From the IMG/VR virus record IMGVR_UViG_3300025383_000015, positions 1 through 64,000 of that record: a stretch of DNA of 64,000 nucleotides; one strand, written 5' to 3'. Shown here one piece after another: positions 27,964-36,578 of the stretch (within the stretch, counting starts at the first letter, position 1; the number at the start of each line of letters is the position of its first letter). The translations under genes and the position numbers were made by a program. The notes under the pieces are model-generated. The model worked only from the letters and a program-made list of their open reading frames with translations, made no database searches and was not told where the DNA came from. This stretch comes from a virus.

Positions 27964-28836
27964 ATGCACTCACTCAATCAATTAATTCCTTCAATAGCAT
28001 CACAAGATCACTACGTAGATCGATCATTCTGTGGAGTCACAGGTGTTCAGATCGCAGACTTCGCACTAAAGAATAAGATCAACATTCTCAATGCTGGTCA
28101 CGCTGGTACAGGTAAGACATCGTTCGCGCAGTACTACGCAAGCCAGAGAGGACTTCCCTATGTATCACTTCCGTCAAACTCAGCACTTAGTGCTAACGAA
28201 TTACAAGGCAACTGGGTCACACAGGACGGCAAACTCGAATGGGTCGACTCAATCTATGTCAAAGTATGGCGTGAAGGTGGAGTGCTCAATCTCGGTGAGG
28301 TTGATCAACTCGCAAAGAATGCTCAGTACTTTTTCCATGAAGGTACAGATCACCGCCGTACACTCACACTCACAGCACACGATTACGAAGTCGTACATGC
28401 TCACCCAGACCTGCTTATCATCGGTGACTGGAACCCAATGTACCGAGGTCGACAACCTCTCTCAGAGTCGTGGGCTGATCGCTTCCAATTAAAACTTCGT
28501 TACGAATACGATCGTGACATCGAAAGCAAGTTTATTCGATCAGGCTCTCTGCTTGATCTTGCATTCGGTATGCGATCACAATCTCGTGGCGTTGATCTAG
28601 GACAAGCAAGCAAGTCCACAGTATTCGAGACACCGATCACTCCACGCATTCTCAAAACGTTCGAATTAGTAGCACGTGAATTGAACTTCGATCTTGCGTG
28701 TGAAGTGTTCGCTAACAACTTCAATGATGAAGAACGACCAGCAGTAAAGATGCTCCTAGAGGGCGCATCATTCAATATCAAGGACGATCTAGGCATCGAT
28801 CAAGAGCAAGTAACACCAGAGTACGAGACAGTCTAA
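27964..28836 (+). CDS. MoxR/CbbQ/CobS-like AAA+ ATPase
   Basis: GHAGTGKT; Walker B variant LNLGEVD; WNPMYRG..PLSESWADRF. Confidence 0.85.
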   Translation: MHSLNQLIPSIASQDHYVDRSFCGVTGVQIADFALKNKINILNAGHAGTGKTSFAQYYASQRGLPYVSLPSNSALSANELQGNWVTQDGKLEWVDSIYVKVWREGGVLNLGEVDQLAKNAQYFFHEGTDHRRTLTLTAHDYEVVHAHPDLLIIGDWNPMYRGRQPLSESWADRFQLKLRYEYDRDIESKFIRSGSLLDLAFGMRSQSRGVDLGQASKSTVFETPITPRILKTFELVARELNFDLACEVFANNFNDEERPAVKMLLEGASFNIKDDLGIDQEQVTPEYETV

Positions 28837-28846
28837 GGAGCACGTC

Positions 28847-30796
28847 ATGAGCGAGATCAACATCACCGATCTAGGTAAGATCTTCGAAGAACTACAAGAG
28901 ATAAGTGAAGAGCAGAAAGAACTAGAGGCTAAACGCCAGCGTATCGAACGATTTACTGGATTCTTCTCTCGAGTTAACTCTGCCTTCTCATTTCGACCTG
29001 TAACAGTTAAGGTCGAGACTTCACCAGTCAAAGCACCAGCGTGGTCTGGGGCTAGTGAAGTGTTCTTCAATTCCAATGAGATCGGTGATCTTGATACGCC
29101 AGAGTCAATCGCTAGCATCAAGGGACTTGATCTTCATGAAGTAAGCCATATCCTTTACACCAGCCGTCAAGGTAGCGATCTCGTTGAGCGAGTGATCGAT
29201 AAGAGCATGTGGACTGCATTCAATGCGTTAGAAGATCAACGTATCGAGTCATTCTTCACTGCTAAGTATCCTTCAACTATCCCATGGTTCGTGTCTATGA
29301 TCTTGATTCACTTCAAGAACAACCCAGAAGTATTCGAGAACTCATACCCACTTCTCTGTGGTCGCAGATACTTGCCAGTCGAGATTCGTAAAGAGTCTCG
29401 TGCGCTATATCCGCATCAAGATAAGATCGATCAATTCAAAGCGATCATCAATGAATACCGCACCCTTGTATTCCCTACAGATACAGATCGTGGAGTCGAA
29501 TTAATCGAGCAGTACTACAACCTGCTACCAAAGAGCGAAGGTGGTAATGGTGAAGAGACTGGTAAGCCAAAGTACAAGGCAGTCAAAGATGACGGCACAG
29601 GTACAGGTACACCAATCAAAGTAATCGACCCATGTGGTCATGGTGCTCGACCAACAGAAGGTATCGAGTCATCAGTCAACTCTCGCCCAGTCCCACCACG
29701 TCAGCAGGAGAAGGAGCGCGATCGTCTTAATAGCCAATCAAAAGATATCGATGATGATCTACCAGAGATTAATGCAGAAGATATTGATTGGTCGGAATTC
29801 AATGGTCAAGATCAAGAGCCTAGTGATCAAAAGTCTGATGATGAGATCACCGACTCTGAAAGTGGAGATGCTCAAGAGCCAAGCGATAACGTGAACTCTG
29901 GAGAAGGTGCTGGCAATACTGCTGGTGAATTAATCGAGACAATCCTCGGTGAGATTCTTAGCCAGTCTGGTATTGCTCAAGAGATCAACGACATGCTACG
30001 AGTGATCAATGGCAAGCCACTTCTGGATTCGAATAACGAAAGCGAACCAATACGTGCTAACTGGAAGGAGTTAGTCCCAGACAACGTGACAGTAGAAGCC
30101 TCTCGATCATTCGGTCGTGAACTTGAACGCTTGCGTGCATCATTCGAACCTGCTTGGGATACCTACGAGAACTCAGGTCGACTCAGTATCGGTCGTTACG
30201 TTAGGGGCGATGACTTCGACACTATCTTCGATCAATGGAACGAAGGTCGTGAAGATGCTACAGATATCGAGTGCGTAATTGTGCTTGATAACTCTGGCTC
30301 AATGAGTGGACAGAAGATCGCAAACGCCAATCGTGCGATGTATGCGATCAAGCGTGCACTCGATCGTATCGATGCAAGCACAACAGTAGTCACGTTCTCT
30401 GACGAAGCACGCCTTCTCTACCATGCAACTGAGAAGTCGAATTCATTCATCAGAGATGCGTTCAGCAACGGCGGTACAGAACCAGATCAAGCGATCAGGT
30501 ATGCAACCAAGGTTCTTGCTGAAAGTAATCGCAAGATCAAGATCTTCTTCGCGATCACTGACGGAGTGTGGTACGGCGATCAAGACACTAACAATGAAGC
30601 GATCGAACGTATGGCTCGCTCTGGTGTGCTGACTGCCTTTGCCTACATTCCAGAGGGCAACGAAGAGATAGAACTGACTGCAAATAAAGCACACAAGTGT
30701 GAGATCGGTGCAGTAGTACGTAATCCATTCGACCTAATTACCATGGCACGAGCGATCGTTAAGTACGCGATCTCTCGCAGACTAACTAACGCATAA
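28847..30796 (+). CDS. VWA-domain protein with N-terminal HExxH motif (CobT-like partner)
   Basis: LHEVSH, FNALEDQRIE, MIDAS DNSGSM...GGT...ITDG. Confidence 0.85.
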   Translation: MSEINITDLGKIFEELQEISEEQKELEAKRQRIERFTGFFSRVNSAFSFRPVTVKVETSPVKAPAWSGASEVFFNSNEIGDLDTPESIASIKGLDLHEVSHILYTSRQGSDLVERVIDKSMWTAFNALEDQRIESFFTAKYPSTIPWFVSMILIHFKNNPEVFENSYPLLCGRRYLPVEIRKESRALYPHQDKIDQFKAIINEYRTLVFPTDTDRGVELIEQYYNLLPKSEGGNGEETGKPKYKAVKDDGTGTGTPIKVIDPCGHGARPTEGIESSVNSRPVPPRQQEKERDRLNSQSKDIDDDLPEINAEDIDWSEFNGQDQEPSDQKSDDEITDSESGDAQEPSDNVNSGEGAGNTAGELIETILGEILSQSGIAQEINDMLRVINGKPLLDSNNESEPIRANWKELVPDNVTVEASRSFGRELERLRASFEPAWDTYENSGRLSIGRYVRGDDFDTIFDQWNEGREDATDIECVIVLDNSGSMSGQKIANANRAMYAIKRALDRIDASTTVVTFSDEARLLYHATEKSNSFIRDAFSNGGTEPDQAIRYATKVLAESNRKIKIFFAITDGVWYGDQDTNNEAIERMARSGVLTAFAYIPEGNEEIELTANKAHKCEIGAVVRNPFDLITMARAIVKYAISRRLTNA

Positions 30797-30806
30797 GGAG
30801 GACAAC

Positions 30807-31415
30807 ATGAAGCAAGCAGATCTTAAAGTAGGTATTAAATACGGAGTCATTCCTTCTTGGGAGTACTCATCAGCAAATAAGAAGAACCCAGAGTCAGTAG
30901 AGCGTAGAGATCTTGCTAAAGCAGAACTCGTAAGCCTCGATAAGTATGAGTACGTTGTCTACAAGTCAGACACTCCAGACAACCCTACCTTCAAACGAGC
31001 ACCACAGGGCTCGCGCTCTGTGGGATACCTCGTCAAGTCATACTCCTATGGTGTAGAGCCTATTTACTGGGTGTCACGTGCACAGGACATCGTCTCTGAT
31101 TATGAGTCACTAGAGACTCGGTGGAATATCGCTGAGGAGATTGCATTCAAGCGTGCTGAAGAAGCACGTCTTGCACTTGAAGAACGTCAGCGCAAAGAGC
31201 GTGAGCAACAGGAGCGTGCAGATCGATTGGCTAAGGCAGTCAAAGATTCACTTCGTACGATCATTGGTGATCGCGTTGAGTCAATCTCTATGTCCTCTCG
31301 TAGCAAGCGCAACTCATTAGGTGAGTACACACCTACTTACTTATTCGAGATTGATACATCAGTCATGCAGGTAATAGTAGAGAAGGTTCTAGAAGCAAGG
31401 GACATGGTGAAATGA
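30807..31415 (+). CDS. Hypothetical protein
   Basis: AGGAGG RBS. Confidence 0.7.
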   Translation: MKQADLKVGIKYGVIPSWEYSSANKKNPESVERRDLAKAELVSLDKYEYVVYKSDTPDNPTFKRAPQGSRSVGYLVKSYSYGVEPIYWVSRAQDIVSDYESLETRWNIAEEIAFKRAEEARLALEERQRKEREQQERADRLAKAVKDSLRTIIGDRVESISMSSRSKRNSLGEYTPTYLFEIDTSVMQVIVEKVLEARDMVK

Positions 31416-32158
31416 CAGACTCATTCTACTTAACGCGGTTAAAGCACTACTACGAGAACAACCAGTACTCAACCAAACAAGGTGACGTCACTTACTCTAC
31501 TTATATCAATCGTAAACACTTAGGTAACACTGCAGAGATCAAATACTCCGAGATCTCCTACAGCGAAGAGACATACAAGGGTCATCAATTGATCATTCGT
31601 AAGGTCACTACCAACTGGGCATTCGTTCTTGAGAATGGTCACTGCGGTAGGTTCAGTGAAGATCAAGCAAAGGCTTTACCAGATCGTGGAGAGTGGCAGA
31701 CAGAGACAAGTTATTCAGCCTATGCATGGCGCATTCGAGATCGTGACGTTGAACCAGAGATACTAGATCATCTTTGGGGAAATGACCGATTCATCGTGGA
31801 TAACTACACAACTAACTCGCAGAAGCAGACAACGAGCAAAGCAAAGAAGCGCATCGATATTGAGGCGGTTCTTCTTGATCACAAGTCAGTGCTTAACGAG
31901 TTAGCAGGAAATCTAGTGTGGGGTAAACCAACTACTCAGCCTTACAACCTCAAGGTGCATGACTGGGTATGGATTCAAGCGCATGGCAGATTACGCAACG
32001 GCGTAGTTGTAGGCACTCAGGGTCGCAGGTTCATCGTAGGCTACACGACTCCCAGCAACCCTCACACCATGAAGTACAAGACACTCAACCTCTCTGACAT
32101 ATATGTTGTAGAGGGAGATCTCATCGAAACACAGGCACACAACTTCGTAAGAATATAA
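31412..32158 (+). CDS. Hypothetical protein
   Basis: ATGA overlap; possible C-terminal SH3/KOW-like region. Confidence 0.65.
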   Translation: MTDSFYLTRLKHYYENNQYSTKQGDVTYSTYINRKHLGNTAEIKYSEISYSEETYKGHQLIIRKVTTNWAFVLENGHCGRFSEDQAKALPDRGEWQTETSYSAYAWRIRDRDVEPEILDHLWGNDRFIVDNYTTNSQKQTTSKAKKRIDIEAVLLDHKSVLNELAGNLVWGKPTTQPYNLKVHDWVWIQAHGRLRNGVVVGTQGRRFIVGYTTPSNPHTMKYKTLNLSDIYVVEGDLIETQAHNFVRI

Positions 32159-32173
32159 GAATAGGAGCATGAC

Positions 32174-32428
32174 ATGAAAGTCAAAGAATTAATTGCGCAG
32201 TTAAATCGCGACCTCAAACCAGATGAAGAGATCATCGTGGCGTACTGGGACAAAGCAACAGTCGAGAGTTATGCAGAAGTAACTCTTACCGATAACCAAT
32301 GGACTGACATCGTTGCTGAGCAAGACAGATACGAGTCAATCGAACTTGATCGATTCGGTGAGCAACTTCAAGAGACCGCTACGGAAGTCGGTAAGTCAAT
32401 CTATGAAGAGGAGGAAAGTAATGCCTGA
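32174..32428 (+). CDS. Hypothetical protein
   Basis: MKVKELIAQL start; RBS. Confidence 0.65.
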   Translation: MKVKELIAQLNRDLKPDEEIIVAYWDKATVESYAEVTLTDNQWTDIVAEQDRYESIELDRFGEQLQETATEVGKSIYEEEESNA

Positions 32429-32584
32429 CAGCATTCATGCAGGGATAGTGCACGACTTAGAGGCAGAGGAGTATCACTACACATGCTCTACCTGTAGCAC
32501 ACAACTCTATGCACCCACTAAGGTTGAGATTCAAGATGCAATACCCAGACATACTAAAAGCAAGGACTGCTTAGGAGGCTATTA

Positions 32585-32839
32585 ATGAACCCCCCATACA
32601 ACGGCACGCAACTCTGTGCTCAAGTAGACCCAGAGGTGTTCTTCCCAATCAATAATTTTGAAAGGGCAGACAACATCGCTACGGCAATAAGTATCTGTAT
32701 TCAATGCCCACTTCTAAAAGAGTGTAGAGAGTATGCAGATTCACTGCCAGAGGTCTTTGGTGTATGGGGTGGCAAGATGTACGAAGTAAACATGTGGAAG
32801 AAAGAGATCACAAGGAAACCAATAGGGAGGGCTTCATAG
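32585..32839 (+). CDS. whiB: WhiB-family transcription factor (early copy)
   Basis: CAQVDPEVFFP...CIQCPLLKEC...GVWGG. Confidence 0.9.
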   Translation: MNPPYNGTQLCAQVDPEVFFPINNFERADNIATAISICIQCPLLKECREYADSLPEVFGVWGGKMYEVNMWKKEITRKPIGRAS

Positions 32840-33005
32840 TGGGCTATGCAGAAGTAATACGAGTAACACCAGAGCAATTAGATCTCTGCGACTCATGCAG
32901 TAACCAAGGCATGATCGACTCAGGTCACACTATCTATAGCAACTCAGGTGAGAGGTTGATCTTTATCTGCTTCAATTGCAAAGAAAAGATTCAGCGAGGA
33001 GAAGT

Positions 33006-33326
33006 ATGAGCCAAGAGGCAACCGAGTTAAAAAAAGCACTGATCATTGCCAGTGAGTTTATTAAGATCGCTCGTGGATTCAAGGTTGAGTCAGAGCGTGC
33101 TAATGGCTTACCGCCAGAGATCACAGAGCATTTAGCAAACGATCATCTTGATCGCGTTCTATCAGAGAACAACATAGAGCCAGAGATGATCATCTGGGGG
33201 CTGATGAAGATTATTGAGATTCTTCTTGCCTACACAGACCAATCAGTAGAAGAACTAACTGAGACTATCGATAAATTTGTCGAATACCTAAAGTCACAGG
33301 AGACAACCAATGAAGATCAATCTTAG
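33006..33326 (+). CDS. Hypothetical protein
   Basis: Start MSQEATEL after GAGGAG. Confidence 0.6.
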   Translation: MSQEATELKKALIIASEFIKIARGFKVESERANGLPPEITEHLANDHLDRVLSENNIEPEMIIWGLMKIIEILLAYTDQSVEELTETIDKFVEYLKSQETTNEDQS

Positions 33327-33340
33327 GAGAGTAATCAAGC

Positions 33341-33523
33341 ATGAGCGAATGGCTTACATATACAGACATCGCAAAATTAACGGGTCTAAAGTACGACACG
33401 ATCTACAGACATCGAAAGCGAAACACCCTTCCAGAGCCAGATCTACAGATCGGCAACAAACCACTCTGGAGCAAGTCAACGATTGATACATGGATAACCA
33501 AACGAGAGAGCAAAGGTAACTAA
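33341..33523 (+). CDS. AlpA/excisionase-like wHTH protein
   Basis: WLTYTDIAKLTGL...TIY..RKR..LPEPD...PLWSKSTIDTW. Confidence 0.75.
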   Translation: MSEWLTYTDIAKLTGLKYDTIYRHRKRNTLPEPDLQIGNKPLWSKSTIDTWITKRESKGN

Positions 33524-33524
33524 C

Positions 33525-33689
33525 ATGGCAACCCGATACGAGATTGACGTTGATGTCATGGTTGATCGCATTCGAGTCAACCTGTTCGATAAGAAGAGCA
33601 AAGCGGTAGCAGTAGGTAGTGGCACCACGATCGTAGAAGCATTCACTGATGCCTACGATCTCATCACCACTCAAGTACTGGAGGTATAA
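33525..33689 (+). CDS. Small hypothetical protein
   Basis: 54-aa ORF MATRYEIDV; not in the ORF track. Confidence 0.5.
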   Translation: MATRYEIDVDVMVDRIRVNLFDKKSKAVAVGSGTTIVEAFTDAYDLITTQVLEV

Positions 33690-33728
33690 CTAACTTCTGG
33701 GTTCTCTATGTATCTCGATACCCAGACT

Positions 33729-33768
33729 TTGACTATCGATCTACTGGTGGGTAATGTACTGACCAGTA
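33729..33768 (+). promoter_or_regulatory. Integrase promoter with palindromic operator-like site
   Basis: TTGACT-17 bp-TAATGT; TACTG-AC-CAGTA palindrome over the predicted start site. Confidence 0.65.
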
Positions 33769-33783
33769 ACAGGCTACGAGGAG

Positions 33784-35067
33784 GTGGCTATGGCTTATGT
33801 AGTGCAACGCGGTAAGCGATTTACCGCCTATTATCGTCTCAACGGCAAACGCCTCTCGGCTGGCACATGGGATTCCTATGCCAAGGCTGAGGCTTCGGCT
33901 ATGAAGGCTGAGGTTCTGGGCTTCTCAGAGCCTTCTGGGGCTGATTCCAGCCTTGCCACATACTTCACCAAGTGGCTCAAGACGGCTGATCTTATGCCGA
34001 TCACCAAGAAGCACTATGAATTAACTTTTCGAACATACGTTCTAAATCGCCTAGGCTCTCATGAAGTAACTTCCATTTCGGCCAAACAGATTCGAAAGTT
34101 ACTTAGTGATCTTAGACTCGAGGGCGTTAAGCCTGCCACGCTGGGACAGATCAAAGCATGCCTAGGGTCAGCCTTCGCCTCTCTCGTGGAGAATGAGGAG
34201 ATAGCGGTCAATCCCACCCATGGCATCAAGGTCAAGGTCAACCAGCCAGACCTGCACAATGTCCTAGAGCCTGCCGAATTCAAGAAGATACTAAGTAACT
34301 TACCTGGCGGAACCGGTTCCGGTGCAAAGTTACTTGCCAAGATGCTCGTTCTTTCTGGTGCTCGCTTTGGTGAGGCTACAGAACTCAGGGTAAAAGACTT
34401 CAATTTTAACTCTGGCGAGGTATTTATCCAGAGACGCGTGAGTGAATTGGGCGCAACCTACAACTCTGGCGAGAGATTCAAGGTTATAGATGCCACCAAG
34501 TCGGGCAGAAAACGCTCAATAACACTCTCAAAAGCCCTATTACATGAGATTAAAGCGTATGTCCTAGCAAAAGACCTACAAAAAGATGACCTACTCTTCC
34601 CAAGGAGCATCGTGTTAACGGCAGGTAAACTAGAACCTTCACGCGAGATCGATACTTCGCAGCCATACGCTGCGGGGGGAAAACGCTTCAAGCATGGAAC
34701 GCTATACTCCTACACCCATGGTGGCTGTAGATGCCAAGCCTGCAGGGAGGCAGTGCGAAAGCACCGCCAAGCCAAGGCAAGGTCAAAGGTAAAGCAGACC
34801 ATGACCAACGATAAGAGCCACTTACCGCGTGGAGTCTGGAGAACTACATGGAACCAAGCAATAGCCAAGTCAGGAATTGGCTGGACTCCTAGAACCCATG
34901 ACCTCCGTCATGCCAACGCCACCCTGTTGTTAAAGAACGGGGTAGACGTACATGAGGTCAAGGAACGTCTAGGTCACCAGTCAATTAAAACAACGGAGAG
35001 GTATTTACACCGCCTCCGTCACCAGCAGTCAACGGCAGGAGAACTCGCCAATGACTTTATGGAGTGA
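33784..35067 (+). CDS. int: Tyrosine recombinase/integrase with inserted Cys/His module
   Basis: GARFGE, HDLRH, LGH, TERY catalytic residues. Confidence 0.92.
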   Translation: MAMAYVVQRGKRFTAYYRLNGKRLSAGTWDSYAKAEASAMKAEVLGFSEPSGADSSLATYFTKWLKTADLMPITKKHYELTFRTYVLNRLGSHEVTSISAKQIRKLLSDLRLEGVKPATLGQIKACLGSAFASLVENEEIAVNPTHGIKVKVNQPDLHNVLEPAEFKKILSNLPGGTGSGAKLLAKMLVLSGARFGEATELRVKDFNFNSGEVFIQRRVSELGATYNSGERFKVIDATKSGRKRSITLSKALLHEIKAYVLAKDLQKDDLLFPRSIVLTAGKLEPSREIDTSQPYAAGGKRFKHGTLYSYTHGGCRCQACREAVRKHRQAKARSKVKQTMTNDKSHLPRGVWRTTWNQAIAKSGIGWTPRTHDLRHANATLLLKNGVDVHEVKERLGHQSIKTTERYLHRLRHQQSTAGELANDFME

Positions 35068-35074
35068 TGAAACT

Positions 35075-35695
35075 ATGAAAGCAATATCAAAAGCAAGAGT
35101 CATGCTGGGAACTATCTCAGCATCGGCAGTAGCACTATCGGTTATGATCGGGTTTTCAGCCCCAGCCATAGCCCCAAGCAACGCACAAGCACTAGAGGCA
35201 AAGATGCTCGTCCTCAAGCAGTACGAGAACGTGGCAGTCTTTCAACCTACTCAACTAGTCAGCCTCTTGAAAGCCACAGGTTTTCAAGGACAAGCACTAG
35301 AAGATGCTTGGGCGATCGCTATGAAAGAATCACATGGAAATGCGCTTGATTACAATGGCAACATTCATACTGGAGATAACTCGTATGGACTGTTCCAAAT
35401 CAACATGCTTGGCTCTATGGGCGCAGATAGAAGAGCCTATTATGGTTTAGCGTATAACGCTCAACTGCTAAATCCTGTGAGTAATGCCAAGGTTGCTTAT
35501 CTTATGAGCAATGGTGGCAAAGATTGGAGTGCATGGAAAGGTCTGCATACTCAAGCCGTAAAGACTTGGTTAGCGCAGTACCCATACAAAGCGACACCTC
35601 AGGTACACAAAGCAGTAGCAAAGGCAAAAGTAAAGATCAAGACTGTAGGTCATCAGATCAAAGCAAGTCGCAAGACAAAGCCTAAGAAGAAGTAG
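35075..35695 (+). CDS. Secreted lysozyme-like/SLT transglycosylase
   Basis: Signal peptide; AMKESHGN...DNSYGLFQIN...NP..NA...GGKDWSAW. Confidence 0.85.
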   Translation: MKAISKARVMLGTISASAVALSVMIGFSAPAIAPSNAQALEAKMLVLKQYENVAVFQPTQLVSLLKATGFQGQALEDAWAIAMKESHGNALDYNGNIHTGDNSYGLFQINMLGSMGADRRAYYGLAYNAQLLNPVSNAKVAYLMSNGGKDWSAWKGLHTQAVKTWLAQYPYKATPQVHKAVAKAKVKIKTVGHQIKASRKTKPKKK

Positions 35696-35705
35696 GAGCA
35701 CGAGA

Positions 35706-35723
35706 GCCCCTCGCAAGAGGGGC
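35706..35723 (+). other. GNRA-capped hairpin
   Basis: GCCCCTC-GCAA-GAGGGGC. Confidence 0.6.
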
Positions 35724-35746
35724 ATCTCATCACATCGGAGCACACT

Positions 35747-36157
35747 ATGAGTACTAATTGGAATTACCAATACCACGAGTGGAAGAAAAAGCGCCAAGAT
35801 ACAGAGCGCAGAGTTAAGAGTCAGTGGGTGCAACCTGAGTTGCCATACAACACTGTAAGTCCCCACCAGCAATCTGCTCAAGAACAATTTTTTAGTCACG
35901 TATCTAAATCCAACAGAATAAGCGATAGAGACTTTCATGATTTATTCTGGAATCATCTTGTGCACGTAGGTTGGCGAATAGATACAGACAGTTGCATAGT
36001 ACTTACCTGTCTAAAATGTGATCAGTCTCTATTTTCAGTAGACATCAACACAATTGACAAAATGGAACAAACAAAGACTTCTTATTTAAGAAACCCAAAA
36101 GAGCACATTAGTCGGCATACATGCAAAGAGGAGGGCAATGATGCAGTGCGGGAATAA
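35747..36157 (+). CDS. Hypothetical Zn-binding protein
   Basis: CLKC...HTC; GGAG RBS. Confidence 0.55.
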   Translation: MSTNWNYQYHEWKKKRQDTERRVKSQWVQPELPYNTVSPHQQSAQEQFFSHVSKSNRISDRDFHDLFWNHLVHVGWRIDTDSCIVLTCLKCDQSLFSVDINTIDKMEQTKTSYLRNPKEHISRHTCKEEGNDAVRE

Positions 36158-36347
36158 AAAAGCCTATCCAACCAAGTACAAGGCAGATAGAGCCTTAGGT
36201 ATCATTTGGAAGGTAAGCATCAGTACACAATCAACACGAACACGACCTTGTAGGTCATACCAGTGCAGTGAGTGTCATAAGTGGCACTTAACTAGCAGGT
36301 ACGATGTTGATCTCAAGGTAACGCAAGAAAGCCCTACCAAAAGGTAG
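36138..36347 (+). CDS. Small Zn-finger protein
   Basis: CGNKKAY...RSYQCSECHKWHLTS. Confidence 0.7.
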   Translation: MMQCGNKKAYPTKYKADRALGIIWKVSISTQSTRTRPCRSYQCSECHKWHLTSRYDVDLKVTQESPTKR

Positions 36348-36356
36348 GGCTTCTTG
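36324..36356. terminator. Bidirectional terminator at the convergence point
   Basis: CAAGAAAGCCCTACC-AAAA-GGTAGGGCTTCTTG. Confidence 0.7.
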
Positions 36357-36578
36357 TTATTTAATTAACTCGTTAAGTTTATCTAGCCTAAAGCCTGACC
36401 ACGAGTCGGTCTCAGTGACCACTACAGGTGCAGACCTGTAGCCTTTCTCTTCAATCAACGGCATGATTTCAGGAGAGTCTGCAATCATCTTTGCCTCAAA
36501 CTCTATGCTCTTCATAGTAAGAAAGCGCTTAGTACTTTCACACTGAGAGCAATTTGGATTACTGTAAACAGTGATCAT
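36357..36578 (-). CDS. nrdH: Glutaredoxin-like NrdH-redoxin
   Basis: ITVYSNPNCSQC...APVV...WSGFR. Confidence 0.9.
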   Translation of the reverse strand: MITVYSNPNCSQCESTKRFLTMKSIEFEAKMIADSPEIMPLIEEKGYRSAPVVVTETDSWSGFRLDKLNELIK

